A program made the translations under genes and the position numbers. Below are positions 1-7,456 of a stretch of DNA of 60,512 nt, piece after piece. Origin of the DNA: a virus. Its lineage: Duplodnaviria > Caudoviricetes. The notes under the pieces are model-generated. The model searched no databases. It saw nothing but the letters and a program-made list of their open reading frames with translations, and was not told the origin of the DNA. Within the stretch, counting starts at the first letter, position 1; every line of letters begins with the position of its first letter. The stretch spans positions 1 to 60,512 of IMG/VR virus record IMGVR_UViG_3300011335_000429; one strand, given 5' to 3'.

Positions 1-120
1 GGTGCTAGGGGGACGGTGACGGCTGCGCCCTCGCTGGCGCTGACGGGCGTAAGTGCTACAGGTGCTAGGGGGACGGTGACGGCTGCGCCCTCGCTGGCGC
101 TGACGGGCGTAAGTGCTACA
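1..120 (+). repeat. 60-bp tandem repeat (2 exact copies here, more at the window end); 1-75 identical to 60438-60512
   Basis: Lines 1 and 61 are identical and the same unit ends the window; encodes GARGTVTAAPSLALTGVSAT. Indicates a circular contig broken in a repeat. Confidence 0.95.
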
Positions 121-390
121 GGTGCTACGGGGACGATAATCGGTGAACAGGTTGTAGCAATTGCATTAACGGGCGTAAGTGCTACAGGTTCTGTGGGCAC
201 GTTGGCAACGTCAGCGTCTGTTGCGTTATCTGGTGTTCTAGGTACATCCTATACAGGGGTGTTTGTTATACCGTGGACACCGGCAGTACCGGGGCAAAAT
301 CCAAATTGGCAGGCAGATAACGAAACGCAGACACCCGCGTGGCTTGTGGTAGATAATACACAAACACCCGGTTGGATTAGCGCAACTTAA
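1..390 (+). CDS. 3' part of a repeat-rich virion structural protein whose 5' part is 60150-60512
   Basis: In frame with the ORF starting at ATG 60150 across the junction; LTGVSATG repeats; Trp-containing C-terminus (QTPGWISAT). Confidence 0.8.
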   Translation, partial: GARGTVTAAPSLALTGVSATGARGTVTAAPSLALTGVSATGATGTIIGEQVVAIALTGVSATGSVGTLATSASVALSGVLGTSYTGVFVIPWTPAVPGQNPNWQADNETQTPAWLVVDNTQTPGWISAT

Positions 391-410
391 ATAACGGTTT
401 AGGAGGAAAT

Positions 411-659
411 ATGAGTGCAGCTTGGACTCGTAAGGAAGGCAAGAATCCCAAGGGTGGGCTTAACGCCAAGGGTAGGGCTTCGTACAACGCAGCCAACCCC
501 GGAAAGCCGGGATTGAAACGGCCTCAACCAGAAGGCGGCTCCCGGCGCGATTCATTTTGCGCGAGAATGACGGGAATGAAAGAGAAGCTGACCTCCGCCA
601 AAACAGCTAGTGATCCCAATAGCCGCATAAATAAAAGTTTAAGAGCATGGAAGTGCTGA
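411..659 (+). CDS. Small basic conserved phage protein (DUF6321-like)
   Basis: AGGAGG RBS; GGLNAKGRASY and RRDSFCARM motifs recalled from this family. Confidence 0.65.
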   Translation: MSAAWTRKEGKNPKGGLNAKGRASYNAANPGKPGLKRPQPEGGSRRDSFCARMTGMKEKLTSAKTASDPNSRINKSLRAWKC

Positions 660-757
660 AACAGACGTACGTTGCCCGTGATGTCGGTATAGAGCAGGGG
701 TATTTAAGCCAGCTTCTTTCCGGTAAGCGCGGTAAATCACTGAATATGGAGGTGTAA
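647..757 (+). CDS. 36-aa helix-turn-helix peptide or remnant (not in ORF track)
   Basis: Translates MEVLKQTYVARDVGIEQGYLSQLLSGKRGKSLNMEV, which matches the XRE/Cro HTH pattern QxxxAxxxGxxxxxxSxxxxGKR. Confidence 0.5.
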   Translation: MEVLKQTYVARDVGIEQGYLSQLLSGKRGKSLNMEV

Positions 758-758
758 T

Positions 759-2624
759 TTGGCATCCACGTACAGCGCGAACCTCGCACTTGACTTGATG
801 GCTAATGGCGATCAGTCCGGCACATGGGGTACGACGAACAATACCAACCTCGGAACGTTAATTGAACAGGCGATTTCCGGGTATGTGACGCAAGCCATTA
901 CTGACGGATCGGGTGCCAATACCACGATCACGATCCCCAACGGTGCTACGGGTGTAGCCCGTAATATGTTCATTGAGATGACGGGTGCGTTGACGTTTTC
1001 TACGACCAGCCTGATCGTCCCTGCCAACAAGAAGATGTACTTCATCTACAACAACACTACGGGTGGCTTTGCTGTCACCGTTAAAGTCTCAGGTCAGACA
1101 GGCATCCTTGTCCCCAACGGCAAGAAAGTCGTTCTTACGTCTAACGGTACAGACATCGTTGAAGCGCATACCGCTATCGTCGGCAATGCCACAATGGGCG
1201 GAACCCTTGGCATCACCGGAACCACCACCGCAGCGGCGATCAATGCTTCGGGCACGGTAGCAATGGCAGGTGCGGCTACGGTGGGGACTACGCTGGGTGT
1301 GAGCGGCACCAGCACGATGGCGGCGATCAATGCGAGTGGGAACATTAGCATAAATTCAGGCGTCATTTTGCTAACAGCGGCAACGGGCGCAATTAATACG
1401 GCAGGGGCTTTAACCCTAGCACCTGCATCTGCAAATCCGCAAATTACCCTGACGGATGTAACGAAAGGTTCAGGATATATACAGGGCGGCGTAAACACTG
1501 GCGGCACGGGCGCTGGCGACTACTGGATATTCAACGTCCCAACCAGCCGGGGATTGTCGTGGGCAGTCAATAACTCAACGGTGCTGAATGCTGTGGCGGC
1601 AGGTGTTTCCATCCCCGGCACTCTTTCCGTCACCGGCACCAGCACGATGGCGGCGATCAATGCGAGTGGGAGCGTAACTCTTAGTGGCACCAGCTTCTTT
1701 CGCTCTATAACCACCAGCAACACTCCCGGCACGTTTAACTTTTACCTAGCCGCTTCGGGAATACGCGAAGGAACTGCTGGCGATTTCAACATCGACACTT
1801 ATAACGGGGGTTGGGGCGCTCGTCTGACTATCTCACAAGCAGGCGCAGTCACCATCCCCGGAACCCTCGGCGTGGGTGGCGCGGCTGTTGGCTTTGGCAA
1901 CGGCTACAACGAGATCACGATTGCAACCGGCGCGAACGGGGCGATGCTGTACTTGCAGGGTACTGGCCCGTTGAACCACAGGTTTTACGGAAACGGTGCG
2001 GGAGTAACTTACGATGCATCCGGAGCAACCTCGCACCAATTTGTAAACAACGGCGTGAATACGCTGGGCATCAGTTCAGCAGGCGCAGTAACCATCCCCG
2101 GAACGCTCGGAGTGACGGGGATTACTTCGTTGACTGGCGCGGTGCTAATAAACACAGCGTCTAACCCAAACGCCGCGAAACTGCGGCTTGCATGGACTAC
2201 GAGCGCGTACGGAATTGAGTCAGCGGCCAGCGCGGACACGCTGAGTTATCACCTAGTGATGGGGGGGCCAACATACCCATCCGCCGGGGCTATCTCGACG
2301 ACTAACAATGCCACAACTTACGCAACTTCGTCGGATAAGCGGCTAAAGGAAGATAAAGGGATATGCACGGACATATCTGTGCTGCTCAATACGGAGATAC
2401 ATGATTTCGTGTGGAAAGGGTGCGGTGATGTTGATCGCGGCGTGTTTGCACAGGATGCGATACTGGTGAACCCACGTGCTGTTAGCCACGACGTTGAGCG
2501 TGATTGGTGGGGCGCGGATTATTCCAAATACATCCCCGATCTTATCGTGGGTTGGCAAAACCACGAAGCCCGTCTAGCTGCCCTGCAAGAAGAATTCCAA
2601 TCCTACAAAAACTCCCACCCATAA
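759..2624 (+). CDS. Tail fibre with C-terminal intramolecular chaperone (peptidase S74-like)
   Basis: N-terminal GDQSGTWGTTNNTN anchor, Gly/Thr/Ala-rich repeats, C-terminal TSSDKRLKE autocleavage motif followed by GVFAQD, DYSK and a coiled coil; TTG start with GGAGG RBS. Confidence 0.85.
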   Translation: MASTYSANLALDLMANGDQSGTWGTTNNTNLGTLIEQAISGYVTQAITDGSGANTTITIPNGATGVARNMFIEMTGALTFSTTSLIVPANKKMYFIYNNTTGGFAVTVKVSGQTGILVPNGKKVVLTSNGTDIVEAHTAIVGNATMGGTLGITGTTTAAAINASGTVAMAGAATVGTTLGVSGTSTMAAINASGNISINSGVILLTAATGAINTAGALTLAPASANPQITLTDVTKGSGYIQGGVNTGGTGAGDYWIFNVPTSRGLSWAVNNSTVLNAVAAGVSIPGTLSVTGTSTMAAINASGSVTLSGTSFFRSITTSNTPGTFNFYLAASGIREGTAGDFNIDTYNGGWGARLTISQAGAVTIPGTLGVGGAAVGFGNGYNEITIATGANGAMLYLQGTGPLNHRFYGNGAGVTYDASGATSHQFVNNGVNTLGISSAGAVTIPGTLGVTGITSLTGAVLINTASNPNAAKLRLAWTTSAYGIESAASADTLSYHLVMGGPTYPSAGAISTTNNATTYATSSDKRLKEDKGICTDISVLLNTEIHDFVWKGCGDVDRGVFAQDAILVNPRAVSHDVERDWWGADYSKYIPDLIVGWQNHEARLAALQEEFQSYKNSHP

Positions 2625-2632
2625 GGACTACC

Positions 2633-2791
2633 GTGAGCGAAGAACTTAAAACCGAGCCGCAAGACATTGTGCAAGCTGTACAGATGCAGCGGGACACCGC
2701 GTTGAATGAAGTGGTGCATCTGAGGGCGCTGCTGGCTGCGGCTGGGCGCAGGATCGATGAACTGGTTAAAGCCGAAGTCAAAGAAGAATAA
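2633..2791 (+). CDS. Small coiled-coil protein (possible fibre assembly factor)
   Basis: GTG start at 2633 after AAGGA; 52 aa; directly follows the tail fibre. Confidence 0.55.
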   Translation: MSEELKTEPQDIVQAVQMQRDTALNEVVHLRALLAAAGRRIDELVKAEVKEE

Positions 2792-2803
2792 GGACGCAAA
2801 CTT

Positions 2804-2986
2804 ATGAACATCCTCAAATCCAAAACAGTCTGGCTCGGCATCATCGTCGCGCTTCTCAGCGTAGCGCAGGGGTTCCTTTTCCAGATTCCCGTGCAACCCG
2901 CAATTCAGGCGGCAATCGGCGGGGTCATTGCTGTGGCAATCGTTGTGCTGCGTTTTATGACCACTCAACCGATCTCGGATAAATAG
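2804..2986 (+). CDS. Small two-TM membrane protein, holin-like
   Basis: KSKTVW start and two hydrophobic helices; within the lysis region. Confidence 0.6.
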   Translation: MNILKSKTVWLGIIVALLSVAQGFLFQIPVQPAIQAAIGGVIAVAIVVLRFMTTQPISDK

Positions 2987-3153
2987 TGGCTACCACCAAC
3001 GAACTCGACGTTCGCCTGACCTCGCACGAAGCGGTGTGCGAACTGCGCTACGACACCATCAACGCCCGGTTGAAACGGATTGAGCATATCGGCATTACCA
3101 TTGCGGGTTTTATCATTGCATTGCTCCTCCACCTTGTGACTAAGGCTGCGTAA
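2986..3153 (+). CDS. Small coiled-coil plus TM protein (not in ORF track)
   Basis: GTG overlaps the previous stop; MATTNELDVRLTSHEAVCELRYDTINARLKRIEHIGITIAGFIIALLLHLVTKAA. The HEAVCxxRY motif is common in phage lysis regions. Confidence 0.7.
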   Translation: MATTNELDVRLTSHEAVCELRYDTINARLKRIEHIGITIAGFIIALLLHLVTKAA

Positions 3154-3308
3154 TGGACACCTTTGACATGCTGGTGAAGGCGTGGCCGATATTGCTAGCC
3201 TTGATTACGCTAATCATTGTGCTGTCAAAGATTGACCTGAGAGTTGCGGTACTGGAAGAAAAGATTAAAACCATATTTGAACTCTGGAACAAAAGGAATG
3301 AAAAATGA
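3153..3308 (+). CDS. Small TM plus coiled-coil protein (not in ORF track)
   Basis: TAATG coupling at the start and ATGA coupling at the end; MDTFDMLVKAWPILLALITLIIVLSKIDLRVAVLEEKIKTIFELWNKRNEK. Confidence 0.7.
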   Translation: MDTFDMLVKAWPILLALITLIIVLSKIDLRVAVLEEKIKTIFELWNKRNEK

Positions 3309-3853
3309 TTAAGTTTATTTTGATCGCGTTGATATCGTTCCCTGTGTTTGCTGGTGGCCCAGACGTAATGATCTGCAACGGTGAGTTCGCCTTGTGCGCC
3401 GCCAGTGGTTCTGTACCCACTGGCAAAATAATCCGTATAGAAGGTAAGGAGTTTCAGGAAGGTATGGCGGTTTGCCCTGTACTGACGGGTAAAGCAATTG
3501 CCAACGTCAAACTGATGAGCGGTAGCTGCAAGGCACCGCCGGGTAAGGTTTGGAGTTTGTTTTCCACTATTACTGAGTATCCACAAGCCCCGTCTTGGGC
3601 AGTAGTCACCATGACGCCAAGGACGTTTGTCACCAATACTGAACCGGGCGGCGGCATGTCAAACCAGTGGGCTATGATGTGCGACAAACAAGCCAAAAAA
3701 GTAAACGGTGTGCAGCTTGCTAACTGCTACGGGCCGATCAATGAATCTCCTTGGACTAACGACCGCGTTCCTTTTGGGACTAGTTCGTTCTCAGCCGCTC
3801 CTGTCGGAACGCCTAATCCGGTCGGCGCAAATATTCCTTCTGCATCCAAGTAA
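3305..3853 (+). CDS. Secreted/periplasmic Cys-rich protein of unknown function
   Basis: Signal peptide MIKFILIALISFPVFA; six cysteines. Confidence 0.7.
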   Translation: MIKFILIALISFPVFAGGPDVMICNGEFALCAASGSVPTGKIIRIEGKEFQEGMAVCPVLTGKAIANVKLMSGSCKAPPGKVWSLFSTITEYPQAPSWAVVTMTPRTFVTNTEPGGGMSNQWAMMCDKQAKKVNGVQLANCYGPINESPWTNDRVPFGTSSFSAAPVGTPNPVGANIPSASK

Positions 3854-3857
3854 AGAA

Positions 3858-4295
3858 ATGAACTTGTCTGCACATTTCACGCTTGCAGAAGCAACCCACA
3901 GCGAAACTGCTACGCGCAAGGGGATTGACAATATGCCGCCCCCCGAAGTGCTGGCAAACATGGGTGAAGCTGCGGATGGAATGGAAGAAGTTCGGGCTTT
4001 TTTGGATGCGCCTATCCACGTCTCATCTTGGTATCGCAGCCCCAAGTTAAACGCAGCGATTGGTGGTTCCCCTACAGGCGCACATCCTGAAGGCTGGGCA
4101 ATTGACTTTATGGCTCCAAAGTTCGGCACACCGCTTGAAATTTGCAAAGCAATCTTGAATAGCGATATAAAATACGACCAATTGATTTACGAAGGCACTT
4201 GGGTGCATATTAGCTTCGCCCCGACTACGCGCCAGATGGCGCTGTCGGCTACGTTTCTGGGTGGGCGGGTAACTTACTCACAGGGGATTGCGTGA
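3858..4295 (+). CDS. Endolysin, peptidase M15A family
   Basis: MNLSAHFTLAE start at ATG 3858; SSWYRSPKLNAAIGG, H-x6-D (HPEGWAID) and WVHIS zinc motifs. Confidence 0.9.
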   Translation: MNLSAHFTLAEATHSETATRKGIDNMPPPEVLANMGEAADGMEEVRAFLDAPIHVSSWYRSPKLNAAIGGSPTGAHPEGWAIDFMAPKFGTPLEICKAILNSDIKYDQLIYEGTWVHISFAPTTRQMALSATFLGGRVTYSQGIA

Positions 4296-4804
4296 TGGGT
4301 GATCTACTGAAAGGTCTGGCTCCAACCCTTGCAAGCGCCCTGCTCGGGCCTCTAGGTGGCGTAGCTGTTGCAGCCATAGGCAAGATCATTGGGGTAGACA
4401 ATGCTACCGTTGCCACGGTTACTGAGGCGTTCAACGACGGCAAGCTGACTCCTGAGCACCTTGCTGAAATCAAAAAGCTGGAACTCCAGTACCAGAACGA
4501 CGAAAAAGAACGCGGGTTCAAGTACGCTGATTTGGAGTTCAAAGACCGCGACTCGGCTCGACAGATGCAGATTTCCACGCATTCGTCCACACCAACTGTT
4601 TTGACCTACATGGTGACTGCAGGGTTTTTTGGCATCCTTGGCTGGATGATGCACGACAATAACGTAGTGGATTCCCCGCCCATCATGATTATGCTTGGTT
4701 CGTTGGGTACCGCGTGGACGGGGTGCATCAGCTTCTGGTTCGGTACCACCCAAGGTTCCCAGAACAAAGACCGTATGTTGCGTAACGCTCAACCGGTTAA
4801 ATAA
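4292..4804 (+). CDS. Holin-like membrane protein
   Basis: APTLASALLGPLGG N-terminus, DRDSARQMQ, two C-terminal TM helices ending FWFGT. Confidence 0.7.
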   Translation: MMGDLLKGLAPTLASALLGPLGGVAVAAIGKIIGVDNATVATVTEAFNDGKLTPEHLAEIKKLELQYQNDEKERGFKYADLEFKDRDSARQMQISTHSSTPTVLTYMVTAGFFGILGWMMHDNNVVDSPPIMIMLGSLGTAWTGCISFWFGTTQGSQNKDRMLRNAQPVK

Positions 4805-4807
4805 ATA

Positions 4808-6658
4808 GTGTACAAAACACTAAAACTGAAACCCGGCGTTGATCGTGAAGGAACTAACTATTCCAACGAGGGTACTTACTACGCCACAAATAAGGTTAGG
4901 TTTCGTTCTGGGTACCCTGAAAAACTGGGCGGGTGGGTACGATATACGGCGAATCAATTTACGGGTACTGCGCGTGCGCTAATCAACTGGATTAGTCTTG
5001 CCGGGTTGAACTATCTCGGCCTCGGTACGCACTTGAAATACATGATAGAGGTTAGTGGCACGTTCTTGGACGTTACACCAATTCGTTCTACCACGGCTGC
5101 AGGTGATGTGACATTTGCGGCTGCAAACGGTTCCGCTGTGATTACCGCGACAGACACAAACCACGGGGCCGTGACAAACGATTATGTAACTTTTTCCGGG
5201 GCCGTGTCACTTGGTGGGTTGATTACTGCGGCGGTGTTGAACCAAGAATATCAAGTCACTGTCATCAACGGTAGTTCCTATACGTTTACCGCCACAGCAA
5301 CGGCGAACGCGTCTGATACTGGTAACGGCGGAGGTGCAGTTGTTGGTGCTTACCAGATCAACACGGGTCTGGATGTATACGTTAGCGGTACGGGGTGGGG
5401 TGCCGGTACATACGGACGAGGCGGTTATGGTTCCGCAGCTACAGTATCGGTGGGTTCGCAATTACGCCTCTGGTCACACGATAACTTCGGTGAAGATTTG
5501 ATTGCGTGCGTGCGCGGTGGCGGGGTGTACTATTGGGATACAAGTGCGTTGGGTCGCATGGTTGCATTGACTGCATTGTCGGGGGCGTCACAAGCGCCAA
5601 CACAAGCAAACGTGGTTATGGTGTCTGATAACGACCGACACGTTATCTGCATTGGTGCAGATCAATTGAATGGGTCGGGGGCATTTGATCCACTGCTTAT
5701 TAGATGGTCAGACGTAGAAGATGCCGCCAACTGGCAACCCACAGCAACGAATTCGGCTGGTGATCTGCGGATGCAAAACGGATCGTATGTTGTGGCGGCA
5801 CTTCAGACGCGACAGGAAATCTTGATTTGGACAGACCAGACTGTATATTCACTGCAGTACGTGGGTGCGCCGCTTACTTTTGGTTTAAATATTCTCGGTG
5901 ATAGCCACGGGATCATTTCGCCTAATGCCGCAGTCACAGCGGACGGCGTTGTTTACTGGATGGCGCAGGATCGTTTTTATACGTATACCGGTCAAATTAC
6001 ACCTTTGATGAGTACCGTTTGGTTGCACGTTTTTAAAAACATTAATACGTATCAGGCATTTCAAGTTTTTGCGGCGACGAATTACAAATACAACGAAGTG
6101 TGGTGGTTCTATTGTTCCACTGACAGCAACACCATTGACTCCTACGTGATATACAACTACGTAGATACTACTTGGGCATATGGAACGCTGGCACGCACAG
6201 CTTGGTTGGATTCTCCGTTGCGCCCCTACCCAATGGCTACGGACTACAACAATCGCATTTTGTATCACGAGGCGTCGGCGGACGACGAATCAGGCGCTAC
6301 GCCAGTGGCAATCACTTCGTTCATAGAATCGGCGGACTTTGATATTGACGACGGCGATCATTTCAGTTTTGTAGACAAAATGATTCCAGACATTGACTTT
6401 AGCGAATCGACCACTGCAACGCCTTCGGTGGAAATTACGTTGTATCCTAGAAACTTTCCCGGTGCAGCGCAGGGTTCGTCTACAGCCAAAACGGTGACGG
6501 CTACAGCCATTTCCCCCGAAAGTTTGTACACGAATGAGGTGTATGTTCGGGTGCGGGGGAGACAACTGGCTTTTCGTATTACGAGCAACACGCTTGGTAC
6601 GTGGTGGCAACTGGGCATACCGCGCTTGAACATTCGTGTTGATGGGAGGAAGTCGTAA
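4808..6658 (+). CDS. Tail nozzle / DNA stabilisation protein (P22 gp10 or tail tubular B-like)
   Basis: 616-aa beta-rich protein with VRFRSGYPEKLGGW, IRWSD and EVWWFY motifs; precedes the ejection genes. Confidence 0.7.
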   Translation: MYKTLKLKPGVDREGTNYSNEGTYYATNKVRFRSGYPEKLGGWVRYTANQFTGTARALINWISLAGLNYLGLGTHLKYMIEVSGTFLDVTPIRSTTAAGDVTFAAANGSAVITATDTNHGAVTNDYVTFSGAVSLGGLITAAVLNQEYQVTVINGSSYTFTATATANASDTGNGGGAVVGAYQINTGLDVYVSGTGWGAGTYGRGGYGSAATVSVGSQLRLWSHDNFGEDLIACVRGGGVYYWDTSALGRMVALTALSGASQAPTQANVVMVSDNDRHVICIGADQLNGSGAFDPLLIRWSDVEDAANWQPTATNSAGDLRMQNGSYVVAALQTRQEILIWTDQTVYSLQYVGAPLTFGLNILGDSHGIISPNAAVTADGVVYWMAQDRFYTYTGQITPLMSTVWLHVFKNINTYQAFQVFAATNYKYNEVWWFYCSTDSNTIDSYVIYNYVDTTWAYGTLARTAWLDSPLRPYPMATDYNNRILYHEASADDESGATPVAITSFIESADFDIDDGDHFSFVDKMIPDIDFSESTTATPSVEITLYPRNFPGAAQGSSTAKTVTATAISPESLYTNEVYVRVRGRQLAFRITSNTLGTWWQLGIPRLNIRVDGRKS

Positions 6659-7068
6659 TGGCTGCGCCTGCGCTTCCCCGTCCGCCGGATCAATACAATA
6701 AACTGTATTTTTTTGAGTTGCTGCGCGTTCTTCGTTTGTATTTTGTGGGGCAAGTTGACCAGATCAACCCCGTGCTAAAGGCGTTTTCGTCTTCGCAAAC
6801 TGTTACGGCTACGACGGCTGCACTTGGTACTTCAGACGCGGGTGTAATTCTTGTAAACACGACGAGTAATAACGTTGCCGTAACGTTACCGGCTGCTAGT
6901 ACAACGTTGATGTACCAGTTCATTATCAAACGTATTTCGGCTGGCGCTAACACATTGACTATTAATACAGTTAGTGGAAACATTGATGGGTCGGCTACTA
7001 AATCGATTCCTACGCAATATGACTCCGTTACGATACGTTCGGATGGAACTAACTACTGGCTTGTGTGA
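6658..7068 (+). CDS. Virion protein (tail needle/fibre-like)
   Basis: Coupled start; VTLPAAS and SDGTNYW motifs typical of phage beta-sandwich structural domains. Confidence 0.55.
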   Translation: MAAPALPRPPDQYNKLYFFELLRVLRLYFVGQVDQINPVLKAFSSSQTVTATTAALGTSDAGVILVNTTSNNVAVTLPAASTTLMYQFIIKRISAGANTLTINTVSGNIDGSATKSIPTQYDSVTIRSDGTNYWLV

Positions 7069-7086
7069 ACGACTAAGGGGTAACAA

Positions 7087-7446
7087 ATGGCAGCTTCAAA
7101 TACAGCAATCCTTGCAAACGCAGCCCTGTTTATTGACCCCGCAAACGGTGCGACGGCGACCGTTGTTAAAGCGTCTAGCGCGGCGATTTATCAGATTTCA
7201 CTGGATAACACAGCTAACGGCGCGGCGACGTTCTTGCGACTGTACAACACTGCGGCTACCGTAACGGTAGGCACAACCGTTCCCGACTCTATGATCATGG
7301 TACCTGCGTCTGGCACGGTTAGTTTTACGATGCCGACCGGCTGGACGTTTGGTACTGGGCTGGTGCTTTCCAGCGGTACTTCAGCAACACTTGCTACGAC
7401 GACGGCACCGAGTTCCAGTTTTATAGTGCGTATCGTCTACGTTTAA
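7087..7446 (+). CDS. Putative virion structural protein
   Basis: Ala/Thr-rich beta protein; TVTVGTTVPD motif. Confidence 0.55.
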   Translation: MAASNTAILANAALFIDPANGATATVVKASSAAIYQISLDNTANGAATFLRLYNTAATVTVGTTVPDSMIMVPASGTVSFTMPTGWTFGTGLVLSSGTSATLATTTAPSSSFIVRIVYV

Positions 7447-7456
7447 GGCGCAATAA

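Noticed and set aside
1-120. Terminal repeat as a biological direct terminal repeat or CRISPR array
   Set aside because: It is an in-frame coding tandem repeat with no spacers; the end overlap is better explained by assembly of a circular contig.
1304-2114. DGR template/variable repeat pair in the tail fibre
   Set aside because: No reverse transcriptase in the genome; the repeats are short and either identical or differ at synonymous sites.
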